Shown here in pieces: positions 49,470 through 59,160 of a stretch of DNA of 64,000 nucleotides; position 1 is the first letter of the stretch; every line of letters starts with the position of its first letter. This stretch comes from Anaerohalosphaeraceae bacterium. GTDB taxonomy: Bacteria; Planctomycetota; Phycisphaerae; Sedimentisphaerales; Anaerohalosphaeraceae. The DNA lies in contig JBNRMN010000089.1 of the NCBI GenBank assembly GCA_050309605.1, forward strand, positions 1 to 64,000, given 5' to 3'. The notes below the pieces were generated by a model. It saw nothing but the letters and a program-made list of their open reading frames with translations, searched no databases and had not been told where the DNA came from. A program made the translations under genes and the position numbers.

Positions 49470-51494
49470 TTACCACTGAGCATACGGATCTTCGCATGTC
49501 GGATCAGCCGGATCGTTGCACCGGAGCCAGTCTTGAGCCAGAATCACCAGATCGAGGATGTCCACGCGGCAGTCCTCGTTCAAGTCGCCGGCCAGAAGCA
49601 GTCCGTCGGCTTTAACCAGGTCGCAACTGGCCTCGATGACCTCAATGGTCACATCATAATAGATGTCTTCCTCAATGCCGTACATCCCATCGCTAACCAG
49701 CAGACGGAACGTATAGTCACCCGGCTGGGTAAACGTCACTTCCGGTGCGGCCACATCGGTTGCAGAGAATGCCGCCGCCGGCCCCTCTTCGGGATCCGGA
49801 TACGTCTGCAGCCATTGATACAGGATTTCGTCATCATGGGCGTCAAACACATCCGCACTGAAAACAACGGTTGTTTCGCCCTTCAAAATGATCGATTCCG
49901 GCGCATCGACACCCACGACCACCGGCGCCGAATTCAGACCCATCTGCACCAGCGAACGAACGGTTGCTTCATCAATCGCGTAGCTGTACACCCGTAAATC
50001 ATCCAGCGAACCGAACATATAGTCGCCGGGGTAGCTGTCGGGGTTGACGTTCTTGTTCTTGGCGCCGATATAAAGTGTCTGCCCCTCATAAGGATGCAAC
50101 GCACGATACGTATCAAACTCCTGAACACCGGCCAGAACGCCATCCACATACATCTTAATCGTCTTGCCGTCGTAGGTTGCCACGACGTGATGCCACTGCT
50201 CGGCGGGGAACAGCGGCACATCCAGCATCCGATCCCTGAACGGCGATGCAATAAAGCGAAGCGAACTGTTTTCGCGCAGCAGACGGAAGATATTCACATC
50301 ATCGTTGCTGTCATTGCCGAACTGGGCGATACGCCGGTTGCCGTCCCAATCGTACGCATTGACCCATGCGGCCACCGAAATGCCGTAATCGAGATTCTGC
50401 AAGTTGGGATCCGACACGCTGTTGGCATCGGGAATCACCTGCACATAACCGAAATCCTGGAAATGCAGGGCATAGTTGTTCTGTCCGTCAGCAGGAATCC
50501 AGCCCTCAACAAAGTTCGGATCCAGATCGGGATCGTTGTGATAATTGCCCATAAAGCCGCGATTGACATCATCGGACGAATCATCAATAAACGTCCCCTC
50601 GCCCTCATTAAACGTCCAGTAACCCACCAGCTTGTTATCCAGTTCCGCATCCCACACGCGCACGGTTGTTTCCACCGGATTGGATTCATTGCCTTCGCTG
50701 TCGGTTACCAGCGCCCGCAAGACGTAGGTTCCGCGTACGGCCGGTAATGTCAGCTCAACCGCTGTCTGATCCTGAACGTTATCCAGATCGACCGCCGTCG
50801 GCCCGGATACCTGCGTCCAGAGCACATCCCAGCTTGTCGAATCAAAGTCATCAATCTCAACGCTGATCTCAACCGTTGGATCGGCGGCATCAACGACCAC
50901 CGCAGCAGGGCTGATCATCACGGCCGCGGGCCAGCCGTTTTCCGGCGGCGCCACCAGTTCGATCTCGGCAATCTGAAACATTGAACTGCCGCCTAATGTC
51001 GGGAACATCAATCGATAATGCAGATACTCGGTCTGATTGTCAAAGATGATCGGCGTCTCAATTTTTGTTAACCGGGGCCAGCCGCCAATAAAGTCCAGAA
51101 CCGGTCCCTCGGAAATCAGTGTCCAGGGACCATTCACACCGGCATTGGAACCATACAACTCGTAACTGTGGGGATCACGGTCCGACGCGTCATTGGCAGA
51201 GGTCAGTGTGATGCCCTGTACCAGCGTCGGCTGCGACTGTCCCGTTCCCAATTGCGGCGAAATGATGATACCTGCCACTTGGCCGTCCCTGAAATGGAGA
51301 TACTTGGTGCTAACGTTATCATCAATCGCATGTTGAGGCGCTTCGCCGCTCGGCCAGCGGTTGTTATCCGGCTGCCCGATGACCGGATCGCCGGGCGTGG
51401 TCACATCCTGTCCCGGACGAGGCCATGGGACGTCCCCAAAACCAGTCGCCACGATGCACAGCATCAGGATTGCTAAAAGCCATAACGTTCTCAT
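49470..51494 (-). CDS. 674-aa secreted protein: discoidin-like module, PKD-like, LamG, PKD-like, C-terminal dockerin-like
   Basis: Signal peptide MRTLWLLAILML after GGAGG RBS; ANDASDRDP; WTQVSGP; LVGYWTFNEG, WHHVVATYDG, GSLDDLRVY; GDLNEDCRVDILDL. Confidence 0.88.
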   Translation of the reverse strand: MRTLWLLAILMLCIVATGFGDVPWPRPGQDVTTPGDPVIGQPDNNRWPSGEAPQHAIDDNVSTKYLHFRDGQVAGIIISPQLGTGQSQPTLVQGITLTSANDASDRDPHSYELYGSNAGVNGPWTLISEGPVLDFIGGWPRLTKIETPIIFDNQTEYLHYRLMFPTLGGSSMFQIAEIELVAPPENGWPAAVMISPAAVVVDAADPTVEISVEIDDFDSTSWDVLWTQVSGPTAVDLDNVQDQTAVELTLPAVRGTYVLRALVTDSEGNESNPVETTVRVWDAELDNKLVGYWTFNEGEGTFIDDSSDDVNRGFMGNYHNDPDLDPNFVEGWIPADGQNNYALHFQDFGYVQVIPDANSVSDPNLQNLDYGISVAAWVNAYDWDGNRRIAQFGNDSNDDVNIFRLLRENSSLRFIASPFRDRMLDVPLFPAEQWHHVVATYDGKTIKMYVDGVLAGVQEFDTYRALHPYEGQTLYIGAKNKNVNPDSYPGDYMFGSLDDLRVYSYAIDEATVRSLVQMGLNSAPVVVGVDAPESIILKGETTVVFSADVFDAHDDEILYQWLQTYPDPEEGPAAAFSATDVAAPEVTFTQPGDYTFRLLVSDGMYGIEEDIYYDVTIEVIEASCDLVKADGLLLAGDLNEDCRVDILDLVILAQDWLRCNDPADPTCEDPYAQW

Positions 51495-51585
51495 ACTCAA
51501 ATCCTCCGAAAAAAATAATACTATAATCCCCGGTTCACGACGCTGTAAGCCGGTGGATAACGCTTTCAATTCGTCAAAACCGTCA

Positions 51586-53280
51586 TTAACGTTCATCGAG
51601 CACCAAATGCGGATTGACCAATACCGCCCAGTCGGAGCTGATACTGCCATCGCTTTCTGTAACCGCCAGGGACAAAAACCGGGCGGACAAATCCAGCGGC
51701 ACATCCATCTCGAACCCGCCGTCGCTCATCCGTACCCGCTGATGCGCACGCACTTGCCCGTCCACCAGCACCCAGAATTCTACCACAGGATCGCGGTCGA
51801 AATAGTCGGCAACGGTTTGCGAGATACCGGCGGTGGAACGAAACCGTGTCAGGCCGAGACCGGGCAGCGCCCGCCGAATCTGCTGCAGATCAAACGTAAC
51901 GCCCATGTTGGAATGGATGGTGATCGCCTGAATCGATGAGCAATCCAGCGTCACGTCGTCCAACACCAGCGGATGTCGCGGTGCGTCCGTGCCTTCGTGC
52001 CAGGCCCCGTTGAAAAGATACCCCCAGAAATTCCCGCTGGTAACCTCAAACTGATCGCACACCAGATAGGTTGAGCTGACTTGTGTTGAACGTCCTTGCC
52101 CCCCCGGCATAAAAATCCCGTCAATAAACGCAAACAGCGGTGTAGCGATAAACCGATGCGGCGCGTTCTGAACATACGCTTCCAGTTCGCGGCGTACTTG
52201 CCCGGTCTGCATATCAATGCCGGCATCAGGCGTGCCGGAACCAAACCCGTTTCCGCCGCCAACGACATCGGCCAGATCAAACCGCCGTCCGGCCAGAAGG
52301 GCTTGATTGACCGAAGACAGATCACGTATAAACAGCGATTCTTCCGCCGGTCGCGGGGAGCCATCAAACTGCCCCTGATCCGTAACGGTCCCCGACAGCC
52401 CGCTGACAAGCTGCAGGACTCCGCCATGACGAATCGTATCCGGACCGCTTCGCAACTGAACCTTTCCTTTGAACACATGGGCCTCGGTGCGTCCGGTGCG
52501 TTCGACCAGCACGCCGAATTCCGTACCGTAATCGACAATCGTTGCCGCAGGTGTGCGTACCACAAACCCCAGCGCACTGGGCGGAACCGTCGAGCGGAGC
52601 TTTCCAAAATCCAGGTATAATTGATTGGTCCCTTCGGCCCGAAACCGGGCGGGCGACTGAATCAACACCTCCGCGCCGTCGTCGAGCCGAATCTTGACTA
52701 ACCCTTCACGCAGATACAACAGCGCGTCGGTATTATAAAGCCGCATACCGACATGCCCGGTAAATCCCCGGTCCTGCCAGCGTGGCGCAACTGTCTCAAT
52801 AATCGTCGCTGTCGGCAGTGTGACATGGCGCGGGTTGACAATGACATAACCGATCACCAAAAACAGCGCCGCCCAGCCGACCAGGGTGGTATAGAGCGCT
52901 GCCCGCGAAACACGCCGGGCTGCACGAATCTGACGTTTCTTTTCGCGGACGCCCGTAATCAACTCCGGCCCGGCATCCTCAACCTCAAGGTGAACCGTCT
53001 CGGCCTGACGCTCCTGTTCGGCCAGCACCTGCCAGAACAACGCATCGCAAACCGACAGAGACTCCTCTTCTGCCGTCTCAGGAAGCGACGTAGCCGACAC
53101 GCCCGAACGGTTTTTGAGGCTGGCATGGACCAGCATAAAATCGTAGTAATACTGCCGCAGCTTGGGGGCATTCTCCATCGCCGTTTCAAGCCGGGCAAAC
53201 TCCTCCGATGTGATCGTCCCATCGAGCAATGCCAACAGGGCCTTGCGAAACTGAAGATGTGAATACGGCTGGTTCATCAA
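51586..53280 (-). CDS. FecR-like transmembrane anti-sigma factor with C-terminal NPCBM/NEW2-like domain
   Basis: LLDGTI N-terminus, one TM, GFVVRTP..DYGTEFGV..HVFKGKV; FWVLVDG..FLSLAVTE..DWAVLVNP. Confidence 0.87.
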   Translation of the reverse strand: MMNQPYSHLQFRKALLALLDGTITSEEFARLETAMENAPKLRQYYYDFMLVHASLKNRSGVSATSLPETAEEESLSVCDALFWQVLAEQERQAETVHLEVEDAGPELITGVREKKRQIRAARRVSRAALYTTLVGWAALFLVIGYVIVNPRHVTLPTATIIETVAPRWQDRGFTGHVGMRLYNTDALLYLREGLVKIRLDDGAEVLIQSPARFRAEGTNQLYLDFGKLRSTVPPSALGFVVRTPAATIVDYGTEFGVLVERTGRTEAHVFKGKVQLRSGPDTIRHGGVLQLVSGLSGTVTDQGQFDGSPRPAEESLFIRDLSSVNQALLAGRRFDLADVVGGGNGFGSGTPDAGIDMQTGQVRRELEAYVQNAPHRFIATPLFAFIDGIFMPGGQGRSTQVSSTYLVCDQFEVTSGNFWGYLFNGAWHEGTDAPRHPLVLDDVTLDCSSIQAITIHSNMGVTFDLQQIRRALPGLGLTRFRSTAGISQTVADYFDRDPVVEFWVLVDGQVRAHQRVRMSDGGFEMDVPLDLSARFLSLAVTESDGSISSDWAVLVNPHLVLDER

Positions 53281-53822
53281 TCCGCCCCTTCCATCGCCAG
53301 CGACTGCCGCATACAGCGGATCAGTACATCATGAACACGTCCCATTGTCCGATAGAGAATATCCACAGACTTGTTGAGCCGCAGAGCCAGCTCTTTGATG
53401 GAATTATTCTGCTCATAACGTGCCCGAACCAATTTTCGGTCTTCCTGGTTCAACCGCTCAATGCACCGCCCAAGTGTCTCCAGCTTCAGTTGTGTTAAAT
53501 CGGAATACTTCTGATAGTCCTCGGCCATCAGCTCGATGAGGCGATCGCTGAACCGGATCGGTTCGCTCGCTTTTTTGCGGCGAAACCCCAGGATAATATG
53601 GTGCGCAATACTGATACCCCAGGATACAAAATCACTGCCCGGGCGAAACTCGCTGTACTTACGCCACATAACGGTGCTGGTTTCCTGCATCAGGTCGTCA
53701 GCATCAAAGGCACGCGGCACCAGCGTCAGGATAAACGCATAAATACGGGGCTGCCCGGCAATCAACAAGCGGACAAACTCCTCGGTCTTCTCACTTTCCG
53801 GAGTAGTATTACCAAAAGTCAT
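53277..53822 (-). CDS. ECF sigma-70 factor (planctomycete/verrucomicrobial type)
   Basis: IYAFILTLVP..DADDLMQET..WRKYSEF..F.SW; CIERL..DRKLV..RY; 4-bp overlap with the anti-sigma gene. Confidence 0.93.
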   Translation of the reverse strand: MTFGNTTPESEKTEEFVRLLIAGQPRIYAFILTLVPRAFDADDLMQETSTVMWRKYSEFRPGSDFVSWGISIAHHIILGFRRKKASEPIRFSDRLIELMAEDYQKYSDLTQLKLETLGRCIERLNQEDRKLVRARYEQNNSIKELALRLNKSVDILYRTMGRVHDVLIRCMRQSLAMEGAD

Positions 53823-53985
53823 TCCAACTCCAACAATCAGGTCAATGTTTCGGCACACTCAGATATTGCGCCACACCTGTTATTTTTGTACGCTTTTTTC
53901 ATTTCGATCAAAAATAAGATCAAAAGACATATCGACGGCATCTTCCAGGTATCCGTTTTGACCGACTGAGGCCCGCTGATCCCCC

Positions 53986-54015
53986 AAAAAACGCCGGTAC
54001 ATCACCTACCGGCGT
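53986..54015 (-). terminator. Intrinsic terminator of the PTS-GH76 operon
   Basis: ACGCCGGTA...TACCGGCGT stem followed by U6 on the minus strand. Confidence 0.75.
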
Positions 54016-54046
54016 CTGGTGCTGATACTGCCTGTCGGAGCCGGGG

Positions 54047-55144
54047 CTACTGATTGGCCTGGGCCAAAACCCAATAGGCCCGGGCATTGGAGGCCGGATA
54101 CAGCAAATTCCATGCGTTTAATTCACCGCGTGCAGGCCTGTCCCATCGCTTCGGATACCGACCGTTGGAATCTCTGACGTGTTCATACAGATAAGCCGCC
54201 GCCCTTTGCGATACATCCTTCCAGTGCACCCGGCCCGTCGCCTCGGACAAGGCCACCCAGCCTTCAAGCAGCGTCCAAACGAACATTGCCTCACAGCGAA
54301 CCGCACCCGTATCCGAATCAACCCAGTGCTCTTCTGCGGCGGCGGCAATCGTGTTGGCCTTGTCAAGATAACGATCCACGCCGGTCAACCGATACAGTGT
54401 GACATAGGTCTGAAGCGGCATTCCAGTGTTGTATGTCCACTTTGTCCGGTTAATGCGGCCGCGCGGCGTGACGCTGTCCATATACAGCCCATCCGAATCC
54501 TGAAGATGCTCATCCAGCCACGCCATCAGCGCCTTGGCGGTCTCCAGGTAGGCACGCCGTCCGGTGGTCTCATAAAACCGCAGACACGCAAACGCCGTCG
54601 GCGCCACCGAACAGGTATTCATCGACTGCTTGGGATCCTCGCGCCACCAAATGCCCCCTTCCTTCTGGTTGATACCGCTGAGCGAAAACTCAAGGGTCTT
54701 TTGGGCCCGTTCGAGGTAGTCCTCTTTGCCAACCGCTTCATAGGCGTCAATCAGCCCCATCGCCACCCAGGCGTTGTCATCGTAATACCGCTCAATATTG
54801 CTGCGCGGATGCGGCAGATGGTCATAGCCGCCGATGCCGCTGTGCTCGACCCAGTAGCGATCCAGATGTTTGATCAAATGATCCAGCGGCTCGGCATAGG
54901 TCGCAGCGTCAATCTGAGCCGCTTTGGCATAGGCCAGCAGCAGCATCGAATTGCCCCACGTAAAGGCAATCGCCCGTTTGTTCTGATCTTCATAATACGC
55001 GCCGGGCCGACCGGCAATCGCATGATCGCGCCGAACCACCGCGAGGGCTTCACGCCCCATTGTTTCAAAGTTAGCCGCCTGCGAAGCAAGAACCGCCTGC
55101 GGCAGACACAACATACACACCGTCATCATGGCCGAAATCGTCAT
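54047..55144 (-). CDS. Secreted GH76 family glycoside hydrolase (alpha-1,6-mannanase-like)
   Basis: YYDDNAW catalytic pair, GGIWW, NTCS, DGLYMD, WTYNTG; signal peptide. Confidence 0.9.
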   Translation of the reverse strand: MTISAMMTVCMLCLPQAVLASQAANFETMGREALAVVRRDHAIAGRPGAYYEDQNKRAIAFTWGNSMLLLAYAKAAQIDAATYAEPLDHLIKHLDRYWVEHSGIGGYDHLPHPRSNIERYYDDNAWVAMGLIDAYEAVGKEDYLERAQKTLEFSLSGINQKEGGIWWREDPKQSMNTCSVAPTAFACLRFYETTGRRAYLETAKALMAWLDEHLQDSDGLYMDSVTPRGRINRTKWTYNTGMPLQTYVTLYRLTGVDRYLDKANTIAAAAEEHWVDSDTGAVRCEAMFVWTLLEGWVALSEATGRVHWKDVSQRAAAYLYEHVRDSNGRYPKRWDRPARGELNAWNLLYPASNARAYWVLAQANQ

Positions 55145-55173
55145 CTTAACCTGTCCTTTCCCTAAAACGCCTG

Positions 55174-57720
55174 TTATCCGTTGTTCAAGTCCAGTTTTTC
55201 CGAAAGAAACGAAACCAGCTCCGCCTGCCCGGCGGCGGACTGAATCCGCTTTCGAAAAGACGCGTGCATCATATTTCGCGACAGACAGGAAAAAATCCGC
55301 ATATGCGCATCGCCGCCCCGATCCGTATCCCGAATCGCCATCGCAATGACAACCGATACCGGCTTGCCGTCAAGCGCCCCCCATTCAACGGGGCGGCGGA
55401 GGCGAAAGACGCAGATCGAATTCAATAAAATATGTTTCGTCTTACAATGCGGAACCGCAAAGCCGTGTCCCAGTCCCGTTGAATAAATCGCTTCGCGCTG
55501 CCAGAAATCCCGCTCCAGCGCCACAGGGTCGGCGGTGCGCCGATCAAGAAACAGCGTATCGCAGGTGTATTTAATGGCCTCTTCCTTGCTGATGCAGTCG
55601 GCGTCAATATCAATCAGATTGACATCCACCACGCTGCGACCGGCGGCCTGCGCCACGTGTTCGGCCTGAATCGCATCAACCTGTTCGACCGTACGGCACA
55701 TCACGGCCTGAGCGAGCATCTGACGACACGCCTGACTGTCATAGTCTGAACACATCGCCTTAATCTCCGAGACAAAGGGGATTGACACACTCACGCTGTC
55801 CAGTCCTGCACCAAGCAGCAGCGCCAGATTGTCCATCCGACCGGCCATTTCCCCGCAAAGACCGACATGCAGTTTAGACTGGTGGGCCTCATCGACGATC
55901 TTGCGAATCAGCGACAGAAAACCGGGATGGCGACACTGATACAGCGAAGCGACCCGCTCATTGGTCCGATCCACCGCCAGAAAATACTGCGCCAGGTCGT
56001 TGGTTCCGATACTGAGAAAATCCACCGCCTCGGCCAGGTGCGGAATCATGAACGCCGCCAGAGGAACCTCCACCATCATCCCCAACGGAAGGGTCGAGTC
56101 AAATGTCTCCGACCGCAGCGCCAGATCCGCTTTGACCTGCTCCAAAACCCCGCGCACATAAATCATCTGCTCGGCGCAGGAGACCATCGGAATCATCAGT
56201 TTCAATCTGCCGAACGCCGAGGCTCTCAAGATGGCGCGAAGCTGCGCGCGAAACAAGTCCTCAAACTCCCGATACAAACGAACCCCTCGATATCCGAGAA
56301 ACGGATTGGCTTCCGTATTCAGATTCAAATAGCTGACCGTCTTGTCGCCGCCGATGTCAAAGGTGCGGATAATCACCGGCCGCCCATCGGCCAGTTCGGC
56401 GGCTCGTTTATAAACGGCGAACTGTTCATCTTCCGACGGCGGTTTTTTTCGGGACAGATACAGCATTTCCGTGCGGAACAGTCCGATGCCATCGGCGCCG
56501 TGTCGGATCGCGGCCTCCACCTCATCGGCGGTGGCGATATTGGCCATGACACCCAAACGCCGGCCGTCCCGGCTCACCGCCGGCCGATCACAAAAAACGG
56601 CCTCCTGCTTTTGTTTGATCCGATGTTTACGCTGCTCAAAGGCATAAAATCGCTCCACACGCTCATTGATCTCAGGAATCAGAATCCCGTATTCGGCATC
56701 CAAAATGGCCTCGGCGTCGCTGCGGCCCAACCCGTCCGTCTGCGCCAAGTCGGTCAAAACCGGTATCCCGAAAGAGCGGGCCAGAATGACCGTATGTGAC
56801 GTGGCGCCGGTGCAGCGCAGGACAAGACCCGACAGCTTATGTCGGTCCAAATTCAGAAACTGCGACGGCGTCAAATCATCAGCAACAACAATTGACGGCT
56901 CCGTCAGTTCAACCGAAACCTGCTCCGTTGCGCCGTACAGCTCCGCAATCAATTGCATGCAAACATCCCTCAAATCCGCGATGCGTTCACGGATCAACTC
57001 ACTGCGGGCGGCTTTCAGCAGCGAAGAAAAAAACACAAACGCCTCAACAATCGCACGGCCGGCACAAAGATGCTTTTCGCTGATAGTGTTGCGAATATAC
57101 GCAACCAGTTCAACATCTTGAGCAATGGAAAGATGCGCCTCCAGTACGCCGATTTCGGTCGGCGACAGATTCTTTTTCTCAAGCCGCCGCGAAATCAGCC
57201 GACGCAGTTCGGACACGGCCTGATCGACCTTTTGCAGCTCTTGTTCAACACAGACCGGCGCCTCTGCGTCCAGACTTTCCGGCAGACGCAGGGCCTGGAC
57301 AAAGACAATCTTGCCTCTGCCGAAACCGGACACGACCGGCAGACCGAACAGAACCGCAACACCGGCGTTTCGCAGGACCGGCGGCAGCCAGCTCTTTTTC
57401 GAAGCGGACGGCGGCGCCGGCAGCGCCTCATCGCATGACGCAAACTCGGTCTCAAGAAAATGCACAATCGTGCGGTACGCTTCATTACAGTCCTTGCCGC
57501 CGACCTCCAGAACGCACGGGTCGCCCGACTTGATATCGGCGCCGACCAGTGAAAGCACGCTCTTGGCGTTGGCCACCCGCTGATTGTTCAGATTGACAAT
57601 CGAAACCCGGCTGGAGAACCCCGAGGCCAGCCGTTCGAGCGTATTGGCCGGACGGGCATGCAGCCCGTTAGGCAAAGGACAGGTAAAGGCATATTCACAT
57701 CGGTCAATCGCTTCGGGCAT
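55174..57720 (-). CDS. Fused PTS protein HPr-EI-EIIA (FryA/FrwA-like)
   Basis: NGLHARPA (HPr), GATSHTVILARS, GIGLFRTEM, SIGTNDL, CGE (EI), STGLGHGFAVPHCK (EIIA). Confidence 0.93.
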   Translation of the reverse strand: MPEAIDRCEYAFTCPLPNGLHARPANTLERLASGFSSRVSIVNLNNQRVANAKSVLSLVGADIKSGDPCVLEVGGKDCNEAYRTIVHFLETEFASCDEALPAPPSASKKSWLPPVLRNAGVAVLFGLPVVSGFGRGKIVFVQALRLPESLDAEAPVCVEQELQKVDQAVSELRRLISRRLEKKNLSPTEIGVLEAHLSIAQDVELVAYIRNTISEKHLCAGRAIVEAFVFFSSLLKAARSELIRERIADLRDVCMQLIAELYGATEQVSVELTEPSIVVADDLTPSQFLNLDRHKLSGLVLRCTGATSHTVILARSFGIPVLTDLAQTDGLGRSDAEAILDAEYGILIPEINERVERFYAFEQRKHRIKQKQEAVFCDRPAVSRDGRRLGVMANIATADEVEAAIRHGADGIGLFRTEMLYLSRKKPPSEDEQFAVYKRAAELADGRPVIIRTFDIGGDKTVSYLNLNTEANPFLGYRGVRLYREFEDLFRAQLRAILRASAFGRLKLMIPMVSCAEQMIYVRGVLEQVKADLALRSETFDSTLPLGMMVEVPLAAFMIPHLAEAVDFLSIGTNDLAQYFLAVDRTNERVASLYQCRHPGFLSLIRKIVDEAHQSKLHVGLCGEMAGRMDNLALLLGAGLDSVSVSIPFVSEIKAMCSDYDSQACRQMLAQAVMCRTVEQVDAIQAEHVAQAAGRSVVDVNLIDIDADCISKEEAIKYTCDTLFLDRRTADPVALERDFWQREAIYSTGLGHGFAVPHCKTKHILLNSICVFRLRRPVEWGALDGKPVSVVIAMAIRDTDRGGDAHMRIFSCLSRNMMHASFRKRIQSAAGQAELVSFLSEKLDLNNG

Positions 57721-57730
57721 ACATCATTCC

Positions 57731-58042
57731 TTACCGGCTGCGCAACTGAGGCGTCCGGCTGAAAATGCTTTCGGGATCTTTCAGCGCCAACTGCACCGGC
57801 GCCTCAATCGTCGGCAAACCGTCAAAGCGTTCACTTTTTTCGATCATAATGTCCGCCGCAAGAATCAACACATCTGCGGATTTAATATCCTCGGCGCTCA
57901 GCTCGTTTTCAATGCCCATCGCACCCTGGGTCTCGACTTTGATCTCGTGGCCCAGTTCTTTGGCGGTCTTTTCCAGATTTTCCGCCGCCATATACGTATG
58001 GGCAATACCGGTCGGACAGGCGGTAACGGCAATGTACTTCAT
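57731..58042 (-). CDS. PTS fructose-family EIIB
   Basis: AVTACPTGIAHTYMAAE, KVETQG. Confidence 0.95.
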   Translation of the reverse strand: MKYIAVTACPTGIAHTYMAAENLEKTAKELGHEIKVETQGAMGIENELSAEDIKSADVLILAADIMIEKSERFDGLPTIEAPVQLALKDPESIFSRTPQLRSR

Positions 58043-59094
58043 ACATTCGACTCCCTTGCGTTAGCGGTAAACGTTTTCAGCGCATTGATCGCCAGGGCCG
58101 TAACCGCCGTCCCGGCGATAATCGCAACCACATACATGAAACGATGATCGACCACCGGCAGCACAATCGGCCCGCCGTGCGGCGCATGACCGCCGACGCC
58201 GCCGAGCATCGCAATAACCGAGGCCGTCATCGAACCTGCCATAATACACGGAATAACCTTTATCGGCTCCGCGGCCGCAAACGGAATAGCGCCTTCCGTA
58301 ATGCCGATCATCCCCATTCCAAAGGCCGCGATGCCGCTTTCCCGCTGTTCTTCGGTCCACAGTCGGCGTGAAAGAAACGTCGCCAGCCCCATCCCCAGCG
58401 GCGGCGTACAGATCGCTGCCGCGACCGCGCCCATCACCAGATAATTGCCTTGCTCGATCATCGACGCGCCGAAAAAGAACGCCGTCTTGTTGACCGGCCC
58501 GCCCATATCAAAGGCAATCATCGCCCCCAGAACCATCGCCAAAGCAACGGAACCGGACGCCTGCATACTCCGCAGCCATGTATCCAGACTGACCATGATA
58601 TTGGCGATCGGCAGGCTGACAAAAAACATCAGCGTCCCGATGGCCAGCGCCGATAAAATCGGAATAATCAGAATCGGCATAATCGGACGCAGCAGTTTAT
58701 GCACCGGCATCCGTTTAATCCAACGGACGATATAACCGGCCGCCAAACCGGCCAGAAGCGCGCCCAAAAAACCGGCGTTGGCCGAACGGCCTGCAACCTC
58801 GTGAGGCAGCGAGGCAAAATAGCCGCCCACAAAGCCGGCCACCAGACCGGGCTTGCCGGCGATGGCGTAGGAGATATACCCCGCCAGAACCGGCAGCAGC
58901 AGCGTAAAAGCCGCCTCGCCAATCGACAGAATGTGAGCCAGAACGGGGCTGTTGGAAAAATCCGGCCCCGTCTCGCCCATCGGCGCAAAGGCAATCGCCA
59001 CGGCGATCAGAATCCCCCCGCTGGCGATAAACGGGATGGCAAATGAGACTCCGCTTAATAAATACTGCTTTAGCTCTTGAATAACTTGTTTCAT
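58039..59094 (-). CDS. PTS fructose-family EIIC
   Basis: GVSFAIPF, GFLGA, FDMGGPVNK, PPLG, ITEGAIPFA, APHGG. Confidence 0.96.
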   Translation of the reverse strand: MKQVIQELKQYLLSGVSFAIPFIASGGILIAVAIAFAPMGETGPDFSNSPVLAHILSIGEAAFTLLLPVLAGYISYAIAGKPGLVAGFVGGYFASLPHEVAGRSANAGFLGALLAGLAAGYIVRWIKRMPVHKLLRPIMPILIIPILSALAIGTLMFFVSLPIANIMVSLDTWLRSMQASGSVALAMVLGAMIAFDMGGPVNKTAFFFGASMIEQGNYLVMGAVAAAICTPPLGMGLATFLSRRLWTEEQRESGIAAFGMGMIGITEGAIPFAAAEPIKVIPCIMAGSMTASVIAMLGGVGGHAPHGGPIVLPVVDHRFMYVVAIIAGTAVTALAINALKTFTANARESNV

Positions 59095-59138
59095 ACCGCA
59101 CCCACAATAGCCGTTTTATGCCTCTCATCGAGACGACC

Positions 59139-59160
59139 CAACGCTTGATCAACGCTTGAT
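59139..59160. repeat. Perfect 11-bp tandem direct repeat CAACGCTTGAT x2
   Basis: Lies between a minus-strand TATAAT (59169-59174) and the EIIC start. Confidence 0.8.
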
